From NCBI GenBank assembly GCA_041601615.1, contig JBFIHX010000013.1:1-64000 (forward strand): a stretch of DNA of 64,000 nt. Direction: 5' to 3'. Position numbers and translations under genes: made by a program. This stretch comes from Thermoplasmatota archaeon. GTDB lineage: Archaea > Thermoplasmatota > E2 > JACPAO01 > JAHFTW01. This document shows, one piece after another, positions 37,401 to 47,738 of this stretch. The number at the start of each line of letters is the position of its first letter. Position 1 is the stretch's first letter. Below the pieces are notes generated by a model that was given only the letters and a program-made list of their open reading frames with translations, was not told the origin of the DNA and did not search any database.

Positions 37401-37808
37401 TCATTCGGAGCCAGGCCTCAGCATTCGTTTGAGGGCCGAGCCGAGTCCGCCTCCGGTGGGATTGGTGCCGCGCATGGCGATTTTGAAGAGGCGCTTGAAT
37501 TGCCGTCCGGCGTCGGAATTGACGAGCATCAGGTCGTTGATGATGGGCTGCATGAAGGGGTCCGCAAGATGCCGTAAGACGACGAGGGAGTGGGTGTCTT
37601 CGCCGCGGTTCTGGGTGGCGATGATGCCGGCGTGGTTGGTGCCTTGGGCAAGATCCACGATAGCGGCGGTGGCGAGGGCTTGGCCGGCGTTGGTCATCTC
37701 GCCTTCGCGGCTGGTGCTCTTCGTAACGGCGTCCACGACGGTCGCGGGTCGGTGGGTCGCTCGGATGCCGGTGAAGGCGTCGAAGGCACCAAGGTCGACC
37801 TCGGTCAT
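37401..37808 (-). CDS. Hypothetical protein
   Basis: ATGA-coupled to the upstream gene. Confidence 0.6.
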   Translation of the reverse strand: MTEVDLGAFDAFTGIRATHRPATVVDAVTKSTSREGEMTNAGQALATAAIVDLAQGTNHAGIIATQNRGEDTHSLVVLRHLADPFMQPIINDLMLVNSDAGRQFKRLFKIAMRGTNPTGGGLGSALKRMLRPGSE

Positions 37809-38518
37809 GCGGGTGCCCCCGAGCGTCGAAGGTAGATCCATGCGCCAAGGCCCATGAGGGCCGGTACGACGTAGCCGCCGGCGTCGTAGCCGTACCACCA
37901 GGACGCAATGGCGGGGTGGCTTCCAAGGTCGATGCCAAAGAACATCCCCAGGCCGAGGCCCACGAAGAACAACATAGTCGAGGTGGCGGGGTTGAAGATG
38001 TAACGCTGGAAGGCGGGCTTCAGGAATTGGCTGTTGGGACCGGCGCGTACCACGTTGACAAGAGACACGACGAAGCGGTCCACCATGGATTGAATGACGC
38101 CGACGTGGCCTAGGTCGTCGCGCATGGCCTGAACGGCGTGGAGGTTGACGACGGCCGTGCCGCGTTCGTCTTCAGTGACACAGAGGTTGATGCACTCTTG
38201 GGCGATGTCTCGCCAGCCATTGGCCACGTTGCCAAGGGGTAGTTCTACGACGCCGCCGCCTTGGACTGCCTCGAAGAACCGGACGCCATCACTGTAGCCG
38301 CCAAGTGCCTCGAAGAGCTTCTTGCGGGTGCGGCGGCCCAGCTCATGCAGGGGCAACAGGTCCACGAGCGAGGGCAAGGGGTAGGCTTGGACGTGGGCGT
38401 TGGCTTCACAGATGCGCAGTTCTCCGCGTTGATCCGTGAAGCGGTGCCAGCCGTCCACGGTCTGGTACTGGACGACTTGTACATCGTCGGCTGTCCGTAA
38501 GAGGGCGATTCTAGGCAT
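37805..38518 (-). CDS. Membrane protein with two C-terminal TM helices
   Basis: GGAG RBS; hydrophobic C-terminus. Confidence 0.7.
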   Translation of the reverse strand: MPRIALLRTADDVQVVQYQTVDGWHRFTDQRGELRICEANAHVQAYPLPSLVDLLPLHELGRRTRKKLFEALGGYSDGVRFFEAVQGGGVVELPLGNVANGWRDIAQECINLCVTEDERGTAVVNLHAVQAMRDDLGHVGVIQSMVDRFVVSLVNVVRAGPNSQFLKPAFQRYIFNPATSTMLFFVGLGLGMFFGIDLGSHPAIASWWYGYDAGGYVVPALMGLGAWIYLRRSGAPA

Positions 38519-38545
38519 GGTGGGGTCTCCTTGGAGTGGGATTCA

Positions 38546-41500
38546 TCAGCGTCGCCTCCAGCGGCGCGAGGACGCAAGCAATGCGATAGCGAGCAGGAGA
38601 AATGGAAACGACCAGGACCGAGGCTTGGGTGCGTCGGCGTCGTGGTATTTCGGCTCCAAGAGGTCGCGCAGGGTGTCCAGCAGATCGGAGCCGACGAGGT
38701 CCGTGTAGGCAAGCAGGAGCCTCGTGAGGCGGTCTGCGGTGGTTTCCGTGTAGGCCACGAGTTGGCGAGCCAATTGGTATGGGGCTTCGAGGCAGGCGTG
38801 CAGTGTTTCGTTGATGGTGTTCGATCGAGGCGAGAACAAGCGATGCAAGTCTAGGACCGGGTCCTTAGATTCAGCTAGGAGGTGGCCGGCGTGGCCCGTG
38901 TAATGCAAGCCCTGGCCACAGAGTACTCGGACTTCTTGGTACAGGAAATCAAGGGTCTGGCTGGCGCCGTTGCAGGCTCGAAGATTCGTTGCGTGGATGG
39001 CGGCGCCGTCCGTCGCGGCAAGTGCCAAGGCGTCCATGTTGCCGGGGCTTGGATCATTGGCAGCACTCGTGATGCGATTGTCCATGAGGGCTGCGTACTG
39101 ATCCGTGCGGGTGCCCGCACACGCCATGAAGGTCTCCGCGTCGTCTCGCAGCCGGGCCAGGGTGGAGATTCCGTGTTGAATCTCCTGCAACAAGTGTTCC
39201 CGGTGATGTTGGATCTGATCGGTCGTGGAATTGGAGGCGTCCAGCACGACGGCAAGCAGGCCCTTGTGTGCTTCGTCCACTTCCACGAGTACCTGGGTCA
39301 CATCGTCGAGCAATTCGTCCGAGAGTCGCCATACGTCGTCGGTTAGGTAGAATGGGATCGGCCGGGCCGGGTTCTGGTCATCCACGTCCCCCAAGGGTCC
39401 GATGAACTCCACGGGCTCGCTGGAGTCAATGGAGCCGTCGCTGTGGAATCGGTATGCTTGCGTGCAAAGGTAGGCGGAGCTGATGCCGTCCTCGTCCTGG
39501 TCTTCGATGCGGCAGGCAGTGGGAATGCTGACCTCGCCAAGCAGGCAAGGCGAGGCTTGGCCCGGGCACAATTCGCCAAGGTCGCCCGGCAGCAATGGAT
39601 CACTGTCGTCGGGGTCGCCCATACGGGCGCCCTCAGTGGTGTTGCCGGTCGGGTAAGGTCGGCATTCATCGTCCAAGCGGTATTCCACCAAGCGTGCGTG
39701 GATCTGCGGGATTCCGTCTTCGTCCTGGTCTGTGATGACCGGGTCGCCAGGGATGCTCCACGGAGAAGCCTCCTGGCAGTCCGGCGCGGGTGGTCGATAG
39801 GGATCGTTGTCGTCGTTGTCCACGGCAAGGACCAGGTCGTCGCCGGGTTCATTCGTGACTTGGCAGTCCGGTGTGAGCTTGGCAGTCTTTGTGGGTTGGT
39901 GGAGGACGGGCCAGCCGTCCTCGTCCTCATCCACGAGTTGGAAGGACCCGTCTGGGACCGGCAGAGAATACGGAGCCAATGCAGAGCAAGGAGCGGGGTG
40001 CTGTGGGATGGGTGCATTGGGATCCGTGTCGTCGTCGCCGACTTGCACCACGGAGTCGCGGGTCTCGTCGCTCGCGGCTACGTTGCAATCAGTGTCTACG
40101 TCGTAGCGACGCTCCATGACCACAATCAAGGGCACCCCGTCGTCGTCCTCGTCTCGAACCTCGTGGCCCTCGGCAAGCCACCTCGGGCCATCGAAGCCCT
40201 GGCAAGGTGTCAGTGCAGGCAATGGATTGAACGGATCTTGATCGTCAGGGTCTGGTCCGATGTTGACAGGGTACGAGTCCAACGATGGAACAAGGGTGCA
40301 GTCGGGGCCGATGACGTACCAACGCAAGGATTGAGTGACGACGGGCACGCCGTCGTTGTCGAAGTCTTGCGTGGTGGGTGGTCCCTCGGGAACGGGGACT
40401 TGGGTGCCAGCAAACGGAGCGCAAGGTGTCAGGGTGCGGGGCACGGGATCGTCGGCATCCGCGTCGTCGGGGTCGCCCACCGATTCTCCTTCTAAGTCGT
40501 CTGTTCTTTGGTTGACACTACAGTCGCCTTGGATGACGAGGTTGCGCTCCATGACCGTGACACGGGGCAATCCGTCCCCGTCACCGTCCGTGACGGCAAC
40601 GGTTCTGGCCAGGCGGTATTGGCCAGCGACATCCTGGCACGCGGTCGCAGAATCAATCGGGGTGGTGTCGTCGTTGTCGTCGGGGTCCGGGCCGAGGTCC
40701 GTGGACTGCACGGGACCGATGGGCACGAGCGAACAATCGTCTGCTAGTTGGTGGTTTTGCGTGGAGACCAGGACCCTTGGGAATCCGTCCATGTCGTCGT
40801 CCAGGACCTCGTATCCAGCGGGTGCGTCCAGGGTCGCTCCCTGGATATCCTCGCAGGGTTTCGGGTCGCGTGGCACGGGCTCGTCCGGGTTCGCATCGTC
40901 GGTGTCCCCACCGATGCGGACCCAGGACTCAGAGCCCTCCTGGAACCCAAGCCCGGGATCGCCGGGGTTGTATCGAAGTTCCAACCCAGCGACCTCGATG
41001 TACGCCGCCGGCACACCATCGCCATCCAGGTCCTCCACGCGCTGGCGCCCCGTCGGGGCGGTGAGTACGAGTCGGCAGTCAAGCGATGCACCCGGACAAA
41101 TGGCGCCAGGGTCAGCGACTGGATTGTAGGGGTCTTGGTCGTCAGGATCGCCCAGTTGTTGACCGTCTCGGGTCAGTTCTTGTTGTGGCGTGTCCCCGCA
41201 ATCGGGGGCGACTTGGATGCCGTGTTCAACGATGGTCACGAGGGGCACCCCGTCGTCGTCCAGGTCTTCATGGCGATACGACAAGGGCACCCAATGGATG
41301 CCGGCCACTGGGTCGCATGGTTCCTGGGTCAAGGGATTGTTTGGATCATCGTCGTCCGGGTCGCCAAGGCGCTGCGTGGCCAGATTCCCGGCCATGGTCT
41401 GACTACAATCGGCTTCGATGCTATGCCACCGAACCTCTACATCGAAAGCGGGCACACCGTCCATGTCCTCGTCGGATTCGTCGGCCACACGAGCCATGGG

Positions 41501-43498
41501 GACCAGAGTACCGGCGTATTGCCAGCACGGCTCCGTGATGCTGACGGGGTCATTGGGGTTGGCGTCATCGGGGTCTGGTGCGTCGATGGATTCGAGGCGG
41601 GGATCCGACGTGATGAGCTGGCAATCGGGGGTAAAGTGGTGCTCGGCAGTCCAATACGCTGTGCGTGGGATGCCGTCGCCGTCCTCGTCCACGAGCAGGG
41701 ATCCACCCGTGGGCAGACGCGGGCGCTGGTTGGCAAGTGCGAAGCAGTTGACGGGGACCAAGGGATCGTTGTCGTCAAGGTCGCCGTAGCCTTCGTGAAT
41801 GGAAAGACCGCGATACTCCACGGTGCAATCCGGAGACAACCATACATTGGTGCTAGTGCGGTAGACAACGGGCACCCCGTCGTCATCCTCGTCTTCGATG
41901 ATAGGCACCCATGGCGCATCCCATTGATTCGCAGGACATGGCTCCGGGTCGGGGTCCACGGGGTAACGGGAATCATTGTCGTCGGGGTCGCCATACTCCG
42001 TCGGATTGACTCGGGTCGCGGTTTTGCGGGGGACACAATCGTCGCCAATCGTGTATTCGGATTCCACGACGCGGTACACGGGAACTTGGTCCCCGTCCTG
42101 ATCCTCAGTCTGAAAGTCAAGGGGTATCCAGAAGGCACGTTCTTGGCCCCTGCAAGGAGGCTGATTGATGGGTGCCGGATTGTTGGAGTCGTTGTCGTCG
42201 GGGTCCAGTGCATAGGAAACCGAGGGGCCAGAGCTACTGGAGAGGTTGCAATCGGATTCGACAGTGTAGTACCGCTGGCTGATCGTGACGACGGGGATTC
42301 CATCGTCGTCCTCGTCCGTGGTCGAGTACGAATTCGGTAGGAGTTGCGTGTAGGTATTGAGTGGGCCGCAGGGAGTCTGCGAGACTGGGTTGTCGGGATC
42401 GTTGTCGTCGGGGTCTGGGCCGAAACCGATGGGGAGGGCTGAGCCCGTGGTGATGGTGCAGTCTTCTTCGAGGGTCAGGCTTTGGCGTTTGATCTTGTAG
42501 CTTGGAACTCCATCCCCGTCATTGTCTTCCGTGACCAGGGGCGAGGTGCTTGGTGCGGGGACCGCTATGGTGGGTGGGTAGACGTATTGGCAAGCTAGAG
42601 TAGCCGGGGGTGGTTGGTTGGGGTCGTTGTCGTCGTAATCGGGTGCGTCCACGGTACCCGGGCTTTGGGGATTGGTGGCTAGTTGACAATCGGAGTTGAC
42701 TTCTGCTCGTGTTCGTTGCACGACGATCCGGGGCACGCCGTCGCCGTCATCATCGCGGGTGCCGCTTGGTACGCTGACGGTGGAGCCGACGGGATTGCTT
42801 GGGCAAAGATTGGGTAGAGCATTCTGGACGCATTGGGCCAATGGCTGGGTTCCGCACAGGTTTTCGCGGGCACTCTGGACGAAATCTTCCACGTCCTCGA
42901 TGATTCGATTCGGGTTGCATCGGTCCCCTGACTCGCAGAACTCCGCCACCTCACGCAAGGCCGTTTCCACGAGTCCCAAGACGAGGACCACGTAGGGCTG
43001 CGTCTCTATGCAATCTCGGGGTGCGCATTCTCTCAATTCATCAATCAACGGGTGATTGACGCAGTTTGACTCCACGCATTCCATGATGGTTTCCACGGGG
43101 CCCGTGCAGTCTCGTTCCTCACAGGTGTCCATGATGGTGTTGACAATGGTAGCAAGTCGGGTGAATGGGTCCGCTTCCCGGCCCAGTTCGTCAAGAAGGA
43201 AACAAGTGAACGATTGTTGCGATTTTCCACATTCCACGCGAACTGCGTATCGAAGGATTTCCACGCTTGGCCCCGTGGACGCGGTGCTCTGTCTCGGATC
43301 TGCCAATTGAAGCAACGCGGCTTCGAGGTCCTGGTCTTCATCCAGAAACACTTGCGGCAATCCGTTGATCTGGATGCCTCCGGGCCCGGGAACACAGGTC
43401 TGATCGACGCGGTATAGGCATTCTTCAGCACTTGCACCAGGAGCAAAGGTGAACGGAAGGGTCAGGCTCATGATGAGTACGGCACGGAGTCGGTTCAT
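38546..43498 (-). CDS. 1650-aa surface protein with about 16 Ca-binding (TSP3-like) Cys-containing repeats
   Basis: Signal peptide; DxDxDGxP...DPDDxDP repeats; C-terminal TM + RRWRRR. Confidence 0.85.
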   Translation of the reverse strand: MNRLRAVLIMSLTLPFTFAPGASAEECLYRVDQTCVPGPGGIQINGLPQVFLDEDQDLEAALLQLADPRQSTASTGPSVEILRYAVRVECGKSQQSFTCFLLDELGREADPFTRLATIVNTIMDTCEERDCTGPVETIMECVESNCVNHPLIDELRECAPRDCIETQPYVVLVLGLVETALREVAEFCESGDRCNPNRIIEDVEDFVQSARENLCGTQPLAQCVQNALPNLCPSNPVGSTVSVPSGTRDDDGDGVPRIVVQRTRAEVNSDCQLATNPQSPGTVDAPDYDDNDPNQPPPATLACQYVYPPTIAVPAPSTSPLVTEDNDGDGVPSYKIKRQSLTLEEDCTITTGSALPIGFGPDPDDNDPDNPVSQTPCGPLNTYTQLLPNSYSTTDEDDDGIPVVTISQRYYTVESDCNLSSSSGPSVSYALDPDDNDSNNPAPINQPPCRGQERAFWIPLDFQTEDQDGDQVPVYRVVESEYTIGDDCVPRKTATRVNPTEYGDPDDNDSRYPVDPDPEPCPANQWDAPWVPIIEDEDDDGVPVVYRTSTNVWLSPDCTVEYRGLSIHEGYGDLDDNDPLVPVNCFALANQRPRLPTGGSLLVDEDGDGIPRTAYWTAEHHFTPDCQLITSDPRLESIDAPDPDDANPNDPVSITEPCWQYAGTLVPMARVADESDEDMDGVPAFDVEVRWHSIEADCSQTMAGNLATQRLGDPDDDDPNNPLTQEPCDPVAGIHWVPLSYRHEDLDDDGVPLVTIVEHGIQVAPDCGDTPQQELTRDGQQLGDPDDQDPYNPVADPGAICPGASLDCRLVLTAPTGRQRVEDLDGDGVPAAYIEVAGLELRYNPGDPGLGFQEGSESWVRIGGDTDDANPDEPVPRDPKPCEDIQGATLDAPAGYEVLDDDMDGFPRVLVSTQNHQLADDCSLVPIGPVQSTDLGPDPDDNDDTTPIDSATACQDVAGQYRLARTVAVTDGDGDGLPRVTVMERNLVIQGDCSVNQRTDDLEGESVGDPDDADADDPVPRTLTPCAPFAGTQVPVPEGPPTTQDFDNDGVPVVTQSLRWYVIGPDCTLVPSLDSYPVNIGPDPDDQDPFNPLPALTPCQGFDGPRWLAEGHEVRDEDDDGVPLIVVMERRYDVDTDCNVAASDETRDSVVQVGDDDTDPNAPIPQHPAPCSALAPYSLPVPDGSFQLVDEDEDGWPVLHQPTKTAKLTPDCQVTNEPGDDLVLAVDNDDNDPYRPPAPDCQEASPWSIPGDPVITDQDEDGIPQIHARLVEYRLDDECRPYPTGNTTEGARMGDPDDSDPLLPGDLGELCPGQASPCLLGEVSIPTACRIEDQDEDGISSAYLCTQAYRFHSDGSIDSSEPVEFIGPLGDVDDQNPARPIPFYLTDDVWRLSDELLDDVTQVLVEVDEAHKGLLAVVLDASNSTTDQIQHHREHLLQEIQHGISTLARLRDDAETFMACAGTRTDQYAALMDNRITSAANDPSPGNMDALALAATDGAAIHATNLRACNGASQTLDFLYQEVRVLCGQGLHYTGHAGHLLAESKDPVLDLHRLFSPRSNTINETLHACLEAPYQLARQLVAYTETTADRLTRLLLAYTDLVGSDLLDTLRDLLEPKYHDADAPKPRSWSFPFLLLAIALLASSRRWRRR

Positions 43499-43674
43499 GA
43501 TTCCCTCCGGGCAAAGCGAGTAAGGTAGGCAAAGAGCAGAAAGAGGGCCGCGAGGCCGGTGCCGGCAGCATCGAGGATGAGGTCTCCGAGACCTAGTAGG
43601 AAAGCCGCGACGGCTAGGATTGCAGCGTAGAGAAGCATGGACGCGTCTTCTTGTCGAGGGCGGTCGTTTGTCAT
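43495..43674 (-). CDS. Small two-TM protein
   Basis: MTNDRPRQ..; its stop overlaps the next start (ATGA). Confidence 0.6.
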   Translation of the reverse strand: MTNDRPRQEDASMLLYAAILAVAAFLLGLGDLILDAAGTGLAALFLLFAYLTRFARRES

Positions 43675-43723
43675 GGGAGTGGCCTCGTGATAGGTAGGGG
43701 ATGGAGGAGGGTGGAGGGCTAGG

Positions 43724-43900
43724 CTAGGGTGCCCGGTAGGTCTTGAAGTTCCCAGAAACCGAGAGGTAGCCGACGGCGGCCATGCCGGTGCCAAAGAGGA
43801 ACCAAATGGTCACGGCCATGCGATCTCCTGCCGTGAAGAGCATGGCGATGATGCCGATGGCGATGGCGGTCCCAATGGGGTGTTCCTTGAGGAAATTCAC
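43724..43900 (-). CDS. Small two-TM protein
   Basis: GTGA-coupled; NFLKEHPIGTAIAIG.. Confidence 0.6.
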   Translation of the reverse strand: MNFLKEHPIGTAIAIGIIAMLFTAGDRMAVTIWFLFGTGMAAVGYLSVSGNFKTYRAP

Positions 43901-44397
43901 AGGCGCACCTCCGAGGTCTTGCCATCGGCTCCCTTGACGATGACGCGGTCGGTGCCTTCCAGATCGGCAAAGTCCACTACGAGTACCGCAAGATCGCCGT
44001 GTTGGGAAGTGCCCGTCCACACCACGTCGCCCGAGGAATCTAGGACTTCGACGGACGCGATGTTTTGGGTGCCGTCGCTGACGGAGTCTGCCGCATACTT
44101 GGTGGATTGGGGGTCGTGGTAGGGTTGACCCGCGACACTCCAACGGCCCTGGTCGTACAGGAAGTACGCTCTGGCCCAGGCGCCCGGTTCTTCGGTGCTT
44201 TGCCCCGTCAGTTCAGCAAAGCACGCCTTGGTGTCTGATAGGAGCCGGTCTACGGTGTCCTTGAAGTCCGAGCCGCAGCCCTCGCTTCCAGTGGCTTGGT
44301 CGGAGTCTGGTTCGTTGCGCTTCTCGGGTCCACCGACCACACTGTAGCCGATGAGGAAAACAGCCACAATGATGACGAGCTTCTTGGCACTGAACAT
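43897..44397 (-). CDS. Membrane-anchored protein
   Basis: N-terminal TM helix; TGATG coupling. Confidence 0.7.
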   Translation of the reverse strand: MFSAKKLVIIVAVFLIGYSVVGGPEKRNEPDSDQATGSEGCGSDFKDTVDRLLSDTKACFAELTGQSTEEPGAWARAYFLYDQGRWSVAGQPYHDPQSTKYAADSVSDGTQNIASVEVLDSSGDVVWTGTSQHGDLAVLVVDFADLEGTDRVIVKGADGKTSEVRL

Positions 44398-47192
44398 CAG
44401 CTCGACCCCCAGAAGCTTTCCTTGCCCGCCGTGAACGTCACGCGCACCGGGTCAGGGTCATGCGGATCGGGCTTCTCTTCGACGCCTACCGCGAACCGGA
44501 AGAACTTGCGAGAGTCCTGGAACTGTTCGATGCTGAAGGCGAGTTGGTACTTGCCAAAGCCCGCGTCCGTGGGGGCTAGGATGACGGCGGTGAACTGTTC
44601 GACTTCGCCGTTGTCCGCGTTGTATTCCACCGAGACTGGGATGGAGTTGTCGCCGTCCGGGTAGTACACGATGGTGCTGATGCTGGCCTTGCGGTCGGGC
44701 TTCAGGAAGCTGCGGGTGTTGTCGTCGTTGCCACTGAACACCACACTGGCTTCGTCGATGGGTCCTTCGACAAGGACCATCTTGCACTCGTCCAGGTCGG
44801 CATGAAGGCCGTTGGCTTGTGCGTTCGCGGTGAACGTGCAGTCGGCCTTGATGTGCATGTCCTTCAGGGTCGCCAAGTCTTCGACCTTGTCGCCCTTCTG
44901 GCTGGGTCCACTGTCTGCGCAACCAGCAAGACCGATGAAGAGCAGAACCAGGGCCACGAGGTAGGCTTGGGTAGGTGGGCGGCGTCCACCGCGCTTCTTG
45001 CCTTTCTTGTTGCGTATGATTTCCCCGATGCGCTTGTGGTTGACGGCGACCAGGACCACGAAGATGAGCAAGAGTACGAGCCACGAGGAGTTGGAGACGG
45101 CGAAGTCCTTGACGGCGTTGTCCGAGTTGGCTTTCATGGTCATTTCTTGGCCGGTGCTCTTGCCAGGAGGGGGGGCTTGTCCGCCGCCATTGGCGTCTTG
45201 GTAGTCCTCGTGGCTTGCAACGAAGCTCCAGGTCCCGAGCGAGTTGATGGGCGCAACGACGTACCCGTTGAGGTTCGAGTCGTGGGAGGTGGTCGTCGTG
45301 GAGAGCCCCATGGGGTCGGTCTGGGTAAGCTGGACGCGCACGCCCTCGATGCCGGTGTTGGAGAACACCGAGCCGGATTCTCCCACGAAGCGCAGTGTCA
45401 GTTCACTGGTGGTTCCGATGGGAAGCGACTGAAGGACAGTCTGTGGCAAGGCCATGATGGCGTTGCCCGTGGCAAGATCCGTGACGGCTCCAAAAGCCGA
45501 AGTGGCTGCATCAAGGGGAACGACGCTTGCGAGTCCGGCCAGCATTCCCGCGTCCCATGCCTCGAAGATGCCGTGCAGGAGCGTCGGGTCGATGCCGGAT
45601 ACGTCCGGCCAGTTTGGATCGGGCGATACATCAGGTAGGCTTGGTTCGTCCAGGGTCCAGGTGTCCACGCCGGGCAGGCTTCCAAGGCCCGCATCTGGTA
45701 ACTCGAAGGTCGCAAGTGAGAGGCCCTTGATGCTTGGCAAATCGGGACTGAATCCAAAGCCGCCAAGGCTTGGCAAGTCTGGATCGGGGTGCGGCATGTC
45801 AGGCAGGAGACCGTTCGGGGTTCCGACCACGGGTGGTTTGGCGGCTCCGATGGCCCCCGTAATCTTGGCCATGGCTCCGTCCTTGTCGATGCGGCCCAGG
45901 TAGTCGAGCAAGCGGACGTTGTTGATCGGGACCGGAGGAAGGTCGGGGCCCGTGCAGAGAGTCGGAAGGCCTGCTTCCATTTTGGTCGCGGACTTGGTCT
46001 TGCAGTCGTGTGTCGAGGGTACAAAGTCGAGGACCATGCCGTTTTGAAGCAGTGGCTTGGCGCGTTCGAGTAAGGTGCCGTAGTTGCCAAGAGACGGGTG
46101 GAAAAAGGCGATGCCGAGCTTCTTGGTGTTGTCCAAGGGGTCGGTGCTTAGGTACTGGACGACGGTGTCCTTGATGGATTCAGGGTCCTTGAGTTGGGTC
46201 AAGAGGTCTGCGTCGAAGGCGAGGCTTTTCTTGCCGGCAATTGCAGTGATCTTGCCAAGGCCACCGTCTACGAGGATCAATTCGCCCGCGTCTTTGTCAA
46301 GGATGGTGGCGGGGTCGGGAGATGGCAAGGAAACCCGGCGCAGGGCATACTCGGAATCCACCATCGCAAGCGACAGGGCTTCCACATCCACGGCACCGAT
46401 TTCCTTCACGCTCTGCTTGAGGCCGGCCAGCACCCCGTCAATGGAGAGGTCGGTGAGGGCTGCGGTGTTGAGCGCCGATTGGATGCTTGCCTGGTCCACT
46501 GCCAAGTCGTCGGTGAGCGGTACTTGCAGGGTGTGGTCGGCCAGGGTTCCGACTTGCAACAGGTCGTCGGGATCGAGGAGGATCATGTCTGTGATCGCGT
46601 CCGTTGCCGGTAGGAGGTCGTGAAGCTCCGTGGTTGCGGTGACGTGGTCGGGTTTGGCGATGCGGCCGGTTGGATTGGCGGCGGTGGTGCTGATGTCCGT
46701 GACGGCGCCCCAGACGATGAAGGAGGCGTCCTTGATTTCGCTGGCCTCCACCTCGCCGGCATAGTTGCGGTTGATGGGGTTGTCACCGATTCGATCCACG
46801 CTGATCGACGCGGGAGTGATGAGCATCGTAACATCGCCCACATCGCCAGGTGGCACCGGGGGCAATTCGAGGCGCTTGACCAGGTCCCCATTGACCACAT
46901 CCAGTTGCATTGCATTGGAGTCGAGGATCGACAAGATGGCGGTGCCTTCCCCGAGGGTCGTGGTGACGCGGTCGCCTGCTTCGAGGCCGGACAAGATTAG
47001 TTCCAGGACCTTGCCAAGTTCCGCGTCTGGGACCGTAAAGTCCGGCGGCTGGATTTCAGGCGGGTTGGGTTCGCTTCCAAAGAAGCCGCCATCTCCAAAG
47101 TCGTCACGAGGCTTCGGGTAGGCGTGACTCGAAGGGACCAATAGGACCGCAACGAGGGCGATTGTGAGGAGAGCTTTCGCTAGGTAGTGCAT
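44397..47192 (-). CDS. Large secreted/membrane protein with internal TM, basic loop and lipobox
   Basis: Signal peptide; SWLVLLLIFVVLVAV-basic-LVALVLLFIGLAGC. Confidence 0.75.
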   Translation of the reverse strand: MHYLAKALLTIALVAVLLVPSSHAYPKPRDDFGDGGFFGSEPNPPEIQPPDFTVPDAELGKVLELILSGLEAGDRVTTTLGEGTAILSILDSNAMQLDVVNGDLVKRLELPPVPPGDVGDVTMLITPASISVDRIGDNPINRNYAGEVEASEIKDASFIVWGAVTDISTTAANPTGRIAKPDHVTATTELHDLLPATDAITDMILLDPDDLLQVGTLADHTLQVPLTDDLAVDQASIQSALNTAALTDLSIDGVLAGLKQSVKEIGAVDVEALSLAMVDSEYALRRVSLPSPDPATILDKDAGELILVDGGLGKITAIAGKKSLAFDADLLTQLKDPESIKDTVVQYLSTDPLDNTKKLGIAFFHPSLGNYGTLLERAKPLLQNGMVLDFVPSTHDCKTKSATKMEAGLPTLCTGPDLPPVPINNVRLLDYLGRIDKDGAMAKITGAIGAAKPPVVGTPNGLLPDMPHPDPDLPSLGGFGFSPDLPSIKGLSLATFELPDAGLGSLPGVDTWTLDEPSLPDVSPDPNWPDVSGIDPTLLHGIFEAWDAGMLAGLASVVPLDAATSAFGAVTDLATGNAIMALPQTVLQSLPIGTTSELTLRFVGESGSVFSNTGIEGVRVQLTQTDPMGLSTTTTSHDSNLNGYVVAPINSLGTWSFVASHEDYQDANGGGQAPPPGKSTGQEMTMKANSDNAVKDFAVSNSSWLVLLLIFVVLVAVNHKRIGEIIRNKKGKKRGGRRPPTQAYLVALVLLFIGLAGCADSGPSQKGDKVEDLATLKDMHIKADCTFTANAQANGLHADLDECKMVLVEGPIDEASVVFSGNDDNTRSFLKPDRKASISTIVYYPDGDNSIPVSVEYNADNGEVEQFTAVILAPTDAGFGKYQLAFSIEQFQDSRKFFRFAVGVEEKPDPHDPDPVRVTFTAGKESFWGSS

Positions 47193-47216
47193 GGTGATCA
47201 CGGATTCACGGAGGGG

Positions 47217-47360
47217 TTACTCGGAGGGTTGGCGTCGGCCCCAATGGTACGCAACGAAGCCGACCACGGCCAACGTGTCATCCAGGGGACCAGGGATGAG
47301 GAGGAGAATCAAGACGGCCAGTGCCATGAGCAACCAGCCGCCGGGGGTTGTGGGCCACAT
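47217..47360 (-). CDS. 47-aa membrane peptide (not in the ORF track)
   Basis: Translated by hand: MWPTTPGGWLLMALAVLILLLIPGPLDDTLAVVGFVAYHWGRRQPSE; fills the operon gap. Confidence 0.6.
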   Translation of the reverse strand: MWPTTPGGWLLMALAVLILLLIPGPLDDTLAVVGFVAYHWGRRQPSE

Positions 47361-47363
47361 GGA

Positions 47364-47699
47364 CTAGAGCAGTTCGCGGGCTGCCCGTCCAGCGTTCCGG
47401 TGGGCCTTGCCGGCCATGTAGGCCTCGCTGTAGGTGGCACGGTAGCCGGCAGCGTGGGAGCCGAGGGCCTTCTTGCTGACTTGGCGGAAGTGGCGACCGT
47501 TGACGCCTTCGTAGTAGCCGACCTTCTTGCCAGCACGGGCACCAAAGCCCCATTGCTTGCGTTCCTTGTCCGAGAAGATCTCCTTGTTGCGACTGGAGGT
47601 TTCCCTGCGACCCGCCAGTCGGGGCCGTTGGAAGGTTTCTCGGAGTTCCTTGCGGTGCTGCTTGGTTGCTCGGCGTGTGTTGTGGGTGTCCATTTTCAT
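47364..47699 (-). CDS. Highly basic small protein
   Basis: Arg/Lys-rich, 111 aa; AAGGA RBS. Confidence 0.65.
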   Translation of the reverse strand: MKMDTHNTRRATKQHRKELRETFQRPRLAGRRETSSRNKEIFSDKERKQWGFGARAGKKVGYYEGVNGRHFRQVSKKALGSHAAGYRATYSEAYMAGKAHRNAGRAARELL

Positions 47700-47738
47700 T
47701 CCTTCTTTGGGTTGGTGTAGGGCCAGGGAGTGGGAGGT

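Noticed and set aside
39443-42340. Long plus-strand ORFs opposite the repeat protein
   Set aside because: Antisense shadows caused by GAC-rich codons.
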